From an uncultured Acidimicrobiia bacterium (GTDB taxonomy: Bacteria; Actinomycetota; Acidimicrobiia; IMCC26256; JAENVU01), in contig CAWDUD010000005.1 of NCBI GenBank assembly GCA_963805415.1, forward strand, positions 434,455 to 498,454: a DNA stretch of 64,000 bases. Reading direction: 5' to 3'. Below are positions 52,525 through 63,100 of the stretch, piece by piece; within the stretch, counting starts at the first letter, position 1, and every line of letters starts with the position of its first letter. The position numbers were made by a program, and so were the translations under genes. Under the pieces are notes generated by a model that was given only the letters and a program-made list of their open reading frames with translations, made no database searches and was not told the DNA's origin.

Positions 52525-53649
52525 ATGGGGAAGGTAAGAGATCCGATCTTACCTCCAGTGTATTCGGGCCGGGCTTTAGCGTCGTGTGCTTGGTGTCCAT
52601 TTCACAAGGGAGGCAACTTGCGTCGAGTATTGTTGCTGGCAAGTTGGGTTTGTCGTCGTGGAAAGCGCTGCTGCTGAGCATGTTCGTTTTCGGCATGGTC
52701 GCGGGTGCTAGACGTCACGCGAACCTGCGGCTGTCATTGCGAGTATCGCTGCGGGAGCCATCCTCCTCGGCGCGGGGTTAGCGGCAACGGGCAAGCCAGA
52801 GAGTCGCTGCCCGGATCAACTTGTGGACAGTACCGATCATCTACCCCTCGTTTTTTCTATTGATTCCCTTTCGAATTGCGCTCTCTCGGGATCTTTCGTG
52901 GTTCTTTGCGCGGCGATCGTTATTCCTGGCCTCTTCTGGCTCTTCGCGGCACGACACAATTGGCCGTCGCCAATATCGAAGGCATTTCCATCGCGGCACC
53001 CAGGTCTCACGAGCGGCTTAGGAGTGGGCGTATTCGTCACGTGGTTGTGGGCGCATTCTTTTGTTCCCTTGGCTCTACCGTGGTGGCCTGATCTCGGGGA
53101 TTGCGGTCGCCGACCTTTGTTAAACGAGGACGGCGTGCCGACGCAACACCGATTTTACGGCGAGAGTGCTATTCGTGGGTCCGAAGACATTCGGGCAAGT
53201 CACTGTGGTCGATCGCGCGAAGTCAACAGAGGACTTTGCCACCTCATGGCTGTCCGAAAATAGTGATCCTTCGAGCTTCTTTTGAATCAAACGACAAATC
53301 GGTCACTTATTTGTCGAGGGACGTCGCAGCTACGGAGCATTCCTCGGCTTTCTACCAGTCATCGAGCCTGGCTCCTTGCGGACGTATCCAACCTGGCAAG
53401 GACGCCGAGGTCGCGCTTCGAATCCTTCAGCGACGGACCACCGAAGACTGGCGTGCGCTTGATTGGCCGGTCGCTGTACGAGGAGAAATCGAAAAGGCCT
53501 GTCCCTTGGCAACATCAGTTGGAGTCAGGATTCGCGAGGGCTTCTGGTCGTACTTCGACCTTGAAAACCGGAGAACTTGAAGATGCAAGTATCTATTACC
53601 GTAAACGTTAGCTGAGAATTCTGATCGCGTTGGCGAACTAATTCTCTCT

Positions 53650-54093
53650 ATGCGCGGTTTTGCTTCTCTGCTGGTCGGATTTGCTAGTCTGGCGGCGGCC
53701 CAGACCAGTGTGGAATACATAGGAGGAACCGCCCCGCAACTGGCGGCGGGAACCCACGGGTCCATGGCGTTATCGGACGAGAAGTATCTTGCGTTCTACG
53801 CGGGGAAGACCCAAGTCCGGGTAGCCTATGACCGCATCAATCTGGTCGAATACGGCCAGCAAGTCGACCGGCGTCTGGCGCTGGCGCTGGTGCTCTCGCC
53901 GGTCTTCCTGCTCAGCAAGTCGCGCAAGCATTTCCTGACCATCGGCTACAGCGGCGAGGACGGCAAGCAGCAGGCGATGGTGTTTCGTGTCGACAAGAAC
54001 GGGATTCGATCCACTCTAGTTGCTTTGGAGGCGCGCACTGGATTGAAGGTTCAGTATCAGGATGAGGAGGCGCGGAAGGCTCGTAATCAATGA
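53650..54093 (+). CDS. Secreted hypothetical protein
   Basis: Intact 147-aa ORF with the signal peptide MRGFASLLVGFASLAAAQ. The stop overlaps the next start (ATGA at 54090-54093). I do not recognise the family. Confidence 0.55.
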   Translation: MRGFASLLVGFASLAAAQTSVEYIGGTAPQLAAGTHGSMALSDEKYLAFYAGKTQVRVAYDRINLVEYGQQVDRRLALALVLSPVFLLSKSRKHFLTIGYSGEDGKQQAMVFRVDKNGIRSTLVALEARTGLKVQYQDEEARKARNQ

Positions 54094-54647
54094 AAAAGAC
54101 GATTTTGTTGGTGGCGCTTCTGGGTGCCGGGGTCGTCCGCGCCCAGGTGGACTTGTCGAAGCAGTTGTTGAGCATCCAGCGGATCTATGTGGACCGGCTG
54201 ACGGGCGGGGAAACCGCCGCGCAGATGCGCGATCTGATCATCTCGAGCCTGCACGGAGCGAAGCTGTACATTTTGACCGAGAATCCCGAGCGAGCAGACG
54301 CCGTTTTGCACGGCGCGGCCGAGGATTTGATCTACACGGACCAATTCGCGTCGTCGGACGGCGTGGACCTGCGCAGCGGGGTGAGCGCCGGTTCCCGTTC
54401 TACCCGGACTTCCAGCGGCGCTCGTTCGCTCAGCGTCGACGTGGGTGACAGAGAATCCACGGACATCCATGAGCGCAAGCACGAAGCGCTGGCCACTGTC
54501 CGGCTGGTGAATAAAGACGGCGATGTGATCTGGTCGACCACGCAGGAAAGCGACGGGGCGAAGTTTCGCGGGGCGAGCGCGGATGTGGCGGATAAGATCG
54601 CGCGGCAATTGACGACGGATGTCGATCGGGTGCGGGGCAAAGAATGA
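54090..54647 (+). CDS. Secreted hypothetical protein
   Basis: Intact 185-aa ORF with the signal peptide MKKTILLVALLGAGVVRAQ. It is translationally coupled to the previous ORF. It contains a Ser/Arg/Thr-rich central linker. I do not recognise the family. Confidence 0.55.
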   Translation: MKKTILLVALLGAGVVRAQVDLSKQLLSIQRIYVDRLTGGETAAQMRDLIISSLHGAKLYILTENPERADAVLHGAAEDLIYTDQFASSDGVDLRSGVSAGSRSTRTSSGARSLSVDVGDRESTDIHERKHEALATVRLVNKDGDVIWSTTQESDGAKFRGASADVADKIARQLTTDVDRVRGKE

Positions 54648-54651
54648 CGCT

Positions 54652-54671
54652 TGGCAGGCGGAACCGCCTGC
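54652..54671. terminator. GC-rich hairpin between convergent genes (probable bidirectional terminator; shares the CCTGCCCCAC motif with the 35.8-kb element)
   Basis: ggcaggcgg (54652-54660) and ccgcctgcc (54663-54671) are exact complements. The hairpin is followed by ccac. It lies between the stops at 54647 (+) and 54699 (-). Confidence 0.55.
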
Positions 54672-54698
54672 CCCACCTAGAAGTCTGCTCCACCGGGC

Positions 54699-55067
54699 TC
54701 AGGAGCTCGAGTGGCGCTTGAGGATCTGGGGCAGGTTCTGGGAAAACGCGGAGCGCGCCAGCACCATATCGCAGCCGGCTTCCTGGGCCTGCTGCTTCAA
54801 CTCGCCCTGGACGTGTGAAAGATACCCCAGCAGGTTGATGCGCCTGGTGCTCTCGTCGGCCTTCAACTTGCGGATGAGCGCGAGCGGATCCACGCCCTGG
54901 AAGTTGATATCCATGATGATGAGCGCAGGGTTGAGCTTGGCCTGCTCCAGCACGTCGTGCTCGCTCTTGACGAAGGTGATGCCCAGACCGGCGCGTTTCG
55001 CGGCTTCGTTGATCTTGACGGTGAAGAACAAATCGTCGAGAACAGCCAGGACTTTCTTGGATTCCAT
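54699..55067 (-). CDS. Single-domain response regulator (CheY-like receiver)
   Basis: Intact 122-aa ORF. VLAVLDDLFF (acidic pair), LIIMDINF (phospho-acceptor Asp position) and the alternating beta-alpha pattern support the call. No output domain is present. Confidence 0.7.
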   Translation of the reverse strand: MESKKVLAVLDDLFFTVKINEAAKRAGLGITFVKSEHDVLEQAKLNPALIIMDINFQGVDPLALIRKLKADESTRRINLLGYLSHVQGELKQQAQEAGCDMVLARSAFSQNLPQILKRHSSS

Positions 55068-55102
55068 TTAGGAGGGGGTAATCCCAATGCTACCATGCAG
55101 AA

Positions 55103-56594
55103 ATGACGGAGATCCGGAATCCTTTTGCGGATCCCCTGCGCTTTGAGCGCCGCGTTCCCGAGTGCGCCATCGTGATTTTCGGCGCGGCGGGCGATCTGGC
55201 CAAGCGTAAGCTCCTGCCTGCTCTGTACCGGCTGGCCTACGACCGGCGCCTGCCGGCGTCCTTCGCGATCGTCGGCAACTCGCGCACGCACATGACCGAC
55301 GATGAGTATCGCGAACGCATGCGCGAGGCCGTCAAGCAGTTCAGCGAGGACGGCGACTTCGACGAAGCCTTGTGGAAGCGTTTCGCCGCCAACCTGCACT
55401 ACGTGGCGGGCGACGTGAAGGATCCGCAACTGTACGTGGCGCTGAAGGAGAAGGTGACCGAGATCGGACAGGCCAATGTCCTGTTCTATCTCTCCACCCA
55501 GCCCAGCTACTACACGGTCATCGTGGACGGGATCGGCCATTCGCACCTGGCTGCGGCTCCCGACGGCGCGCTGGCGACGGCTGATCGTCGAAAAACCCTT
55601 CGGCCACGACCTGGGGAGCGCCAAAGAGCTGAATGCCCGCATCCACGCGGTCTTTCGCGAAGAGGATACCTACCGCATCGATCATTATCTGGGCAAGGAA
55701 ACGGTCCAGAACATCCTGGCCCTGCGCTTCGGGAACGGAATCTTCGAGCCGCTGTGGAACCGGCGCTATATCAACCATGTGCAGATCACGGCCGCCGAAT
55801 CGATCGGCGTCGAGGGACGGGGCGGCTATTACCAGGAAGCCGGCGCGCTGCGCGACATGATCCAGAATCATCTGCTGCAGGTGATGGCGACGGTCGCCAT
55901 GGAGCCGTCGGCGGTGTTCGAGCCGAATGCGGTGCGCGACGAGCGGGCGAAACTTCTGCGGTCCATCAAGATCATGCGCCCGGACGAAGTGGATCAGTAC
56001 GCGGTGGCGGGGCAATACAAGGGGTTCCGCCAGGAACCGGGGGTGAATCCGGACACGCAGACCGACACCTACGCGGCCGGCACCTTCTTCGTCGACAATT
56101 GGCGCTGGGCGGGCGTGCCGTTCTTCATTCGAACCGGCAAGAAGCTTCCCAAGCGGGTCACCGATATCGCCATTCAGTACAACTCGGCGCCTCTGTCGCT
56201 GTTCCGGTCGGGGGACGGTGCGCAGGGGGCGCGACCGAACCTGTTGATCCTGCGCATTCAGCCCGAGGAAGGTATTTCGCTGCTGTTCCTGTCCAAGGAA
56301 CCGGGCAGCGGGATGCGGCTTCGGCCCGTCTCGATGGACTTCAACTACGGCACGAGCTTTGGGGAGCGATCTCCTTCTGCCTATGAGACTTTGCTGGTCG
56401 ACGCCATGGTCGGGGATCCGACGCTTTACACCCGCCAGGACATGGTGGAAGCGAGCTGGACAGTGATCCAGCCCATCCTCGAGAACTGGAACAACCGGCG
56501 CTTCGATTTTCCGAATTACGATCCCGGCACGTGGGGTCCGGCGGAGGCCGATGCCATGATCGCCAGGCTGGGGCGGCAGTGGCGGAACAGTTGA
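55103..56594 (+). pseudogene. zwf: Glucose-6-phosphate dehydrogenase (1 frameshift near 55560)
   Basis: IVIFGAAGDLAKRKLLPALY (NADP site, ORF 55103..). RIDHYLGKETVQNILALRFGN (active-site signature, ORF 55476..56594). Confidence 0.9.
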
Positions 56595-56610
56595 GTTAAG
56601 GGCAGCACCT

Positions 56611-57566
56611 GTGAGTACAGCGACCATTCAGCCCGAACGAATCCTGCGCGACCTGCAACAGTTGTGGGCCCAGATGGCGCAGGACCAGGCCAATGCGGGA
56701 GGCGTGCTGCGCGCCTGCGCGATGACGCTGGTGGTGGCGGCCGAGAGATGCCGCCGACGCCGAACGCGGTCCGCCAGACCGTGGGCGTGCTGATGCACAA
56801 TCATCCCAGCCGCGCGATCGTGGCTCAGCATGCCGGCGGCGGGGCGGCGATCTGGACGCCCGGATTTTCGCCGAGTGCTGGAAACCGTTCGGCAAGGCCC
56901 AGCAGATCTGCTCGGAAGGAATCGAGATTACAGCGGGGCAGCAGCGGGTTTTCCGAAGTCGCGAAGTTTCTGGTGCCGCTGCGGGTTCCGGATCTTCCGG
57001 TGGTGCTGTGGTGCCGGGGTGAGGCGGCGCTCGAGCCGGGACCGTTAGAGCCGCTGTTCCCGCTGGCCGATAAGATCATCTTCGATTCCGACCATGTCGC
57101 GGACGCGGATAGCGCGCTGCAGTTTCTGCGGCGGCTGCGCGGGCGAGGGAGGCGCGTGGCCGACCTGCACTGGACCCGGCTCACCGGCTGGCGAGAAGTG
57201 TTAGCCCACTTGTTCGACGACCAGGCGCTGCAGCCGAGCGACGTGAAATCCGCGCAGGTGACCTTTGGCGGGCCGTCGGTGACCACGGGCGCCCGCTATT
57301 TCGCGGGCTGGATCCGGACGGCGTTGCCGGGGGCGCGCGTGACACTCGAATCCGGTGAAGGCACACCCGGGCTGCGTTCCGTGACCCTGGCCACTGCGTC
57401 CGACAATCTCACCATCTCCCTCGGCAGCGATCACTGCGTGGAAGTATCGGGCTGCGGACGCCACTACCGTTCGCTGCTGCCATCCACGTCGGAAGAGGAA
57501 CTGATGCACGAGGAATTGGGCATCCTGGGGCCGGATCCGGTTTACGAAAGGGCACTATCCGCGTAG
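56611..57566 (+). pseudogene. opcA: OpcA-like glucose-6-phosphate dehydrogenase assembly protein (about 3 frameshifts)
   Basis: GTG 56611 starts ILRDLQQLWAQMAQDQANAGGVLRACAMTLVVAAE. Then VRQTVGVLMHNHPSRAIV, ARIFAECWKPFGKAQQICSEGIEI, and PLRVPDLPVVLWCRGEA...DLHWTRLTGWREVLAHLFD (ORF 56664..57566). The position between zwf and pgl supports the call. Confidence 0.65.
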
Positions 57567-57575
57567 AGGTTCCGT

Positions 57576-58304
57576 ATGGGCACGCTGAGGAAGATGGATG
57601 TTTTGCGGTATGCCAATTCCTTCGAAGCCGCAGAAGCGTGCGGGCAGCGCATTTTAGACCTGTTGGCGAAAGCCATCGATACCCGGAAACGGGCGACGCT
57701 GGCGGTTTCCGGAGGGACATCGCCCAAGCCGATGTTCGAGCTGTTCGCGAAGAGCGAATTCCCGTGGAACCAGGTGCACGTGTTCTGGGTGGACGAGCGG
57801 TGCGTGCCGCCCTCGGATCCGCAGAGCAATTTCCGGATGGCGAACGAAACGTGGCTGGTCCCGGCGAAGGTTCCCGCCGGCAACATTCATCGCGTACCGA
57901 CGGAGCTCGAACCGCGCGAGGCTGCGAAACAATACGCCCAGGAGCTGCACGATTTCTTTGGCGTCCGGCTGGGGGAACTGCCGCAATTCGACGTGATCCA
58001 TCGCGGCATGGGACCGGACGCGCATACCGCGAGCCTGTTTCCGGAGGAGCCGCTGATTGCGGATCACGAGGGTCTCGCCGCCGCCGTGTGGGTGGAGAAG
58101 ATGCATCAATGGCGGGTCACGCTGCTGCCCGGAGTACTGGAGGCGGCCTGGCACACGGTGGTGCTGGCCACGGGCGCGGATAAAGCGGCTGCGCTCGAGG
58201 CCGTGTTGCACGGTCCGTACGATCCTATGAAATGGCCGGCCCAGATTGGCGCTCGGGACATTAATGTAACCTGGTTCACGGATCTGCCGAAGGATATGAA
58301 ATGA
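57576..58304 (+). CDS. pgl: 6-phosphogluconolactonase
   Basis: Intact 242-aa ORF: ATLAVSGGTSPKPMFELF...WNQVHVFWVDERCVPPSDPQSNF...FDVIHRGMGPDAHTASLFP. Confidence 0.85.
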   Translation: MGTLRKMDVLRYANSFEAAEACGQRILDLLAKAIDTRKRATLAVSGGTSPKPMFELFAKSEFPWNQVHVFWVDERCVPPSDPQSNFRMANETWLVPAKVPAGNIHRVPTELEPREAAKQYAQELHDFFGVRLGELPQFDVIHRGMGPDAHTASLFPEEPLIADHEGLAAAVWVEKMHQWRVTLLPGVLEAAWHTVVLATGADKAAALEAVLHGPYDPMKWPAQIGARDINVTWFTDLPKDMK

Positions 58305-59300
58305 AGCTCACGCGGCGGAGACTTCTGCCCCTGGCGGGCATTCCGATCCTGGGCGGCTTCCCTTTTTCGAGAACGGCCGAGCAAGCGGCGCCCGAACCGG
58401 TTCGAACGCACCTGGTTCTGGGCGGCGATGTGATGCTTTCGCGGCACGTGGCCAGAGTTGCACGCGAGCGGAAGGATCCGGCGTTCCCTTTGCGCGACCT
58501 TGCTCCGGTTCTGCAAGCCGCCGATATCGCGTTCGTGAATCTGGAATCGCCGTTTTCGGATCGAGGGGCGGTGGTCGAGCACGGAATGATTTTCAAGGCC
58601 GAGCCGGAGATGATCGCGGCGCTGGAGCTGGCCGGTATCGATGTCGTCTCCACCGCGAACAACCATGCGCGGGATCAGGGATCGCACGGCGTGGAGTTCA
58701 CGCTGGACTGGCTTGAGCGGCACCGGATCGCGGTGGCGGGAACCGGAATTTCGGCGGAGGCGGCCCACGCCGGAGTGGTGATCGAGCATAACGGAATCAA
58801 ATTCGGGTTCCTCGCGTACACCTACGACCAGTCCAACGGGAATCATACCGATATGGACGACCGCGTGGCGGTGATGGACGTTGCTCGCATGCGCGAGGAC
58901 GTGACGCGAGCTCGGCGCGCGTGCCGACGCGATTATCGTTTCGATGCACGCCGGCACGGAATACTCGCCCAAAGCCAATGCGCAGCAGGTGGCGTTCGCG
59001 CACGCCGCCATCGATGCGGGCGCGAGCGTGGTGGTGGGGCATCATCCGCACGTCACCGAACCCTGGGAGCGATACGGCCAGGGCGTGATCTTCTATTCGC
59101 TCGGCAACCTGGTGTTCGACCAGTTCCAGCGCGTCGAAACGCAGCACGGCGCACTGGCGGATCTGGTGTTCGAAGGGCCGCGGCTGGTTGAGGCCAGCCT
59201 GCTTCCGGTGGATATTGTCGGAACGGCCCCGCGGCTGGCGGGTGCGAAACCCGTCACGACAGCCCGCGCTGGCGCTTCCGGCGGATCAGGGGCAAAGTAA
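58301..59300 (+). pseudogene. CapA-family (PGA_cap metallophosphatase-like) protein (1 frameshift near 58915)
   Basis: The ATG overlaps the pgl stop (ATGA). It has a Tat/Sec-like leader MKLTRRRLLPLAG. LVLGGDVMLSRH...ADIAFVNLESP...VVSTANNHARDQG is in ORF 58301... MHAGTEYSPKANAQQVAFAHAAIDAGASVVVGHHPHV is in ORF 58944..59300. Confidence 0.75.
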
Positions 59301-59911
59301 CCAATCCGAGCCCGACCAGCAGCATGGTGCGCGGTTCGGGAACCGCGGACGCCGGTCCGTACGCTTCAAAGTTCGTCAATACGGTGGTGAACAAGGTGCC
59401 CTGGTCGCGAATGTACAGCGGGGCGGTTATGGGCGAATCGCTGACTATTCCAAAGAACTGCACGGTGGACGAAGCGACCGAGGAGAAGTTGTTATCGCAG
59501 GTTTGGACGGTCAACTCGACGCACAGGTTCGCAGTGCCGGAAGTTACGGTGAAGTGGAATCCGAGCGCGAAGATACCCGTGGCGGGGAAGGTGATCTTGA
59601 CTGCGCTCGCCTGCGTTCGTCGCGATCAGCTGGCCGGAGGTTACCGTAAAATCCTCCGGAATCGTCGGGAAGAGAAAGTCATCGAATCCCAGGAAACCGA
59701 TGCCGGTGCCGCTGGCGTTAAAGAGGCCATTGGTCCCCAGATCGCCGCTGGAAAACGTCAGGGCTGGATCCAGCAGCGTCAAGCCCGCCACGGCGGTGTC
59801 AAACGAGGTTTCGCCGGACGCGCCGGTGTAGTAACTGGTGGTCGCCTCGGCGGGCGCCACCAGCAAGATCGCAATTGCAGAGAGGGGAACAAGAGTTCTC
59901 AAACTAAGCAT
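59254..59911 (-). pseudogene. PEP-CTERM sorting-domain protein (about 2 frameshifts)
   Basis: Signal peptide MLSLRTLVPLSAIAILLVAPAEA starts at ATG 59911-59909. The C-terminus AVPEPRTMLLVGLGLVTLPLIRRKRQ (ORF 59254..59514) is a canonical PEP-CTERM anchor: PEP, TM helix, basic tail. Confidence 0.75.
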
Positions 59912-60101
59912 GCCACCACCTCCGTACCAATTCGAAAGATTTCCATTTCGATACTTGGTAGGAGGAAGGGAGAGGTTTGTCTCTAGCGGTGAGTTATCGG
60001 GAGATTCCGTAGTCCATCGTCGCGTGAGTATTCCAGGGGTTCGCGGAATCACTTCCGCCACTACGGCTGCCGCGGAGCGGGGACAGGTAGGCAGTCCCCT
60101 A

Positions 60102-60332
60102 TTACACCTTGGGCGCAGGAGGCGGCAGGTCGCGGGCGGGGCACACGGACTGGAAGCTGACTTTGCGATGGGACCCGTCGCAGAAGGGCTTGTTTTCGGA
60201 ATGGCCGCAGCGGCACAGGCCGATGGCGGTGCGTCCGCCCAGGCCGAACGGTTTGCCTTCGGCGTCGCTGATCTCGAAGTCGCCTTCCACGCGGATGGAG
60301 CCGTTGGGGTTGATGGTGATTTTTGCGGGCAT
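60102..60332 (-). CDS. CDGSH iron-sulfur domain protein
   Basis: MPAKITINPNGSIRVEGDFEISDAEGKPF...LCRCGHSENKPFCDGSH. The C-x-C-x2-S-x8-C-D-G-S-H motif is intact. It forms the C-terminal part of ORF 60102..60809. Confidence 0.8.
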   Translation of the reverse strand: MPAKITINPNGSIRVEGDFEISDAEGKPFGLGGRTAIGLCRCGHSENKPFCDGSHRKVSFQSVCPARDLPPPAPKV

Positions 60333-60419
60333 TCTCTCGATGCTAGCAGATGTCATCCAGATCCGATAAATACGTGCCAGATCCTCTAAAAACCGTGGCC
60401 AGTGCCATAATGAACACAA

Positions 60420-61564
60420 ATGCGGGTGTTGGCAGTCCTGATTGCAGCAGCTCGTATGCAATGGCCCAGGGGGCCGATCTTTTGCCTCGCATACGGGAAA
60501 AAATGGCCGGGATTCTGCAGCGCCAGCCGGACTACACCTGCACGGAAACCGTCGAGCGCACGCGTCAGGCGGTGGGGAGCCGATCGCGCGTGGAAGACAC
60601 GCTGCGGCTGGAAGTCGCGCTGGTGGACGGCACGGAAATGTTTGCGTGGCCGGGCTCGAAACAATTCGAAGATCGCGACCTGAAGGACTTGGTATCCACG
60701 GGGATGTTCGGGAACGGGAACTTCGCGACCTACGCGAGGATTCTATTTCTGACAAACATGGCGGTCTTCGAAAACCGGGGGGAGACTCAATTGGACGGCC
60801 GTCCGGCATGGCGTTACGACTTTCGAGTATCGCGATCGAGCGGCGGTTCCCGGCTGCGTGTGGATGGTCTCGAGGCGGTGGTCGGATTCCACGGGTCGGT
60901 TTACGCGGATCCGACGACGCTGGACGTCCGCCGGATGGAAGTCGAGGCGGAAGATATACCGGCGGAGCTGAAGGTTTTGGATGCCGAAACCACGGTCGAC
61001 TTCAGGCGGCTCCGCATCGGCGACGAGGACTTTCTCCTGCCGGCGGAGAGCCAGCTTATGATGGCCATGCCTGACGTGGTGGATCGGAACTCGGTCCGGT
61101 TTTCCTCTTGCAGGAAATTCACGGGCGAAAGCACGCTGTTGTTTAACGATCCGTTGTTGACGGAAGCGTCCGCGCCGGTAACGCCCAAGGAAGTGGAAAT
61201 TCCCGCGGGTCTGACCCTGGGGCTTGAAATTTCGGACTTGGATCTGATGCAGGGGGCCGTGGGAGATCCGGTTCGCGCGGTACTGCAACGGACTTGAAGA
61301 ACCGCCGCCAACTGCTTGCGCCCAAGGGCAGCGTCGCGAGCGGCCGGATCGTGCTGTTGGACCGGTATCCCAGCGATTTCGCGCTCCGGATCCAGTTTCA
61401 GGATCTGGATTGGCCCGGTGGACACGCCCGGCTGAAGCTGAGCTTTGACCGGACGGCTTTCCCTACGCGGCTGATCGGACGGCAGCCGGACGGGGTCGAT
61501 CCTGATCTCGCGCCAAGCCGGACCGCGTTTAAGCGGTATCCTCATGTTCTGGAGATCGGAATAG
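60420..61564 (+). pseudogene. Secreted hypothetical protein (at least 2 frameshifts; limits approximate)
   Basis: Signal-like MRVLAVLIAAA (ORF 60420..). Then AQGADLLPRIREKMAGILQRQPDYTCTETVERT...FGNGNFATYARILF... (ORF 60350..61297). The reading continues as LKNRRQLLAPKGSVASGRIVLLDRYPSDFALRIQFQDLDW (ORF 61294..). A TAG at 61562-61564 in the third frame abuts the next gene's GTG. I do not recognise the family. Confidence 0.45.
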
Positions 61565-62683
61565 TGATTCATCTTTCAAGCGATACGGGCGACTTGTTCG
61601 AGCAGGCATACGCCTTTTCGCAAAAGCAAGTGCGTAAACTGATCGAGAAGCATCCCAGCTTTTATCCACTGCATACGCAGAACGGCAAATGGGAGCTGGA
61701 GGGTCCGGCCTGGACGCACTGGGGCGACGGGTTTCTGCCCGGCATGATGTGGATCTTCCACAAGCATTCGCCGGCCGAATTCCACCGAAGCCAACTATTG
61801 GCTGGAGCACGCCATCAAATACACGACGCCGCTGGAACCGCGCAAGGAGGATCACGACGTCCACGATCTCGGATTTCTGTTCCTATCCACCTATTACCGC
61901 TGGTGGCGGCTGACCGGGGATCCGGCGCACAAGGAAGTGTTGATTGAAGCAGGCCGGACGCTGGCTCTGCGGTTCAAGGAAAGAGGGCAGTATCTGCGCT
62001 CGTTTGTCGCGGATAATTCCCTGTTCATCGACATCATGATGAACGTGGGAATTATTTTTTTCGCCGCCAGGGAAACGGGAGACCGGCGGCTGCGCGATAT
62101 CGCCATGCGGCATTCGCACACCACGCGGCGCGTGCTGGTGCGGGGCGACGGATCCACCGCGCAGGAAGGAATCTTCGACACCGACACCGGCGAATTCCTG
62201 CGCCAGACGACGCACCAGGGATACCGCGGCGATTCGTGCTGGTCGCGCGGGCTCACCTGGGCGATGTACGGATTCACCACCTGCTACGAGTACAGCCGCG
62301 ATCCGCATTTCCTGGACACGGCCGAAGCGTGCGCGGATTACTACATCACGCACTCGCCTCCCGATGGCATTCCGCCATGGGATTTCAACGCGCCGGCCGA
62401 AAATCGCACGCTGCCGGACTCGTCCTCGGCCGCGATCTGCGCCGCGGGCATGCTGCGCCTGTGCCGCCTGGTCCCGGATTCGCTGAAAGGGCATTTGTAC
62501 TGGTCCACGGCGGTTCACATATTGCGGTCGCTGTGCGAGAGGCACCTGGCCAAGTCCGATCCCAAATGGGAAGGAATTCTCAAGGGCGGGATGTATCATG
62601 TCAACAAAAGCCTGGGCGTGGATGAGTCGGTGATGTGGGGCGAGTACTTCTTTTGTGAGGCATTGGAACGAGTGTTATGGTAA
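61564..62683 (+). pseudogene. Glycoside hydrolase family 88-like (unsaturated glucuronyl hydrolase type; 2-3 frameshifts)
   Basis: WTHWGDGFLPGMMWIFHK (ORF 61294..61947). HDLGFLFLSTYYRWWRLTGD (ORF 61689..). FIDIMMNVGIIFFAA...HQGYRGDSCWSRGLTWAMYGF...PPDGIPPWDFNAP...DSSSAAICAAGMLRL...ESVMWGEYFFCEAL (ORF 61937..62683). Confidence 0.7.
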
Positions 62684-63100
62684 CTGACCATCGTCAAATC
62701 ATAAAGCGTTTCTATCGGCTGTACGCGATTAAGGATATCCGCGCGACCATGGATCTGTTCGATCCGCAAGCGGAGATGCATCCCGCGGAAAACTTCATCT
62801 ACGCGACCGGGAATCCTTATGTCGGTCCGGATGCGATCCGGACGAGCATTTTCACCCGGGTGGACGCGGACTGGGACGGGTTTACCGCGACGACCGAAGA
62901 GATTCTGGGGGCCGGGGAAGTCGTGATCGCGCGCGGCCGGTATCGCGGAACGTTCAAAGCCACGGGGACCACAATTGACGCGGAATTCGTGCACGTGTTC
63001 CGATTCAAGGACGGCAAGATCGCCATGTGGCAGAGCTACACGGATACGGCCCAGTTCAAAGAAGCGGTGGGCGGGCAGAGCGCGGGGGCAGTCGCGATGA
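62677..63100 (+). CDS. SnoaL/NTF2-like small protein (3' end approximate)
   Basis: The ATG overlaps the GH88 stop. IIKRFYRLYAIKDIRATMDLFDPQAEMHP...GAGEVVIARGRYRGTFKATGTTIDAEFVHVFRFKDGKIAMWQSYTDTAQF shows the NTF2-like pattern. The open frame continues artefactually to 63516. Confidence 0.6.

Noticed and set aside
53410-53435. TTCGAATCC (T-loop-like) motif, and a GGTTCGATCC-like motif at 48,118-48,135, as possible tRNA genes
   Set aside because: The flanking bases cannot form a T-arm stem, and no acceptor or anticodon arms can be drawn. The second motif lies inside protein-like coding sequence (IRIEPTAT). No tRNA, tmRNA or rRNA signature was found anywhere in the window.
59912-60101. Possible riboswitch or leader RNA in the 190-bp gap between the PEP-CTERM gene start and the CDGSH gene stop (hairpins ggggac-N9-gtcccc and gcggaa-tcac-ttccgc)
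   Set aside because: There are two short generic hairpins with no resemblance to any riboswitch core I know. The more likely explanation is the CDGSH gene terminator plus the PEP-CTERM promoter.
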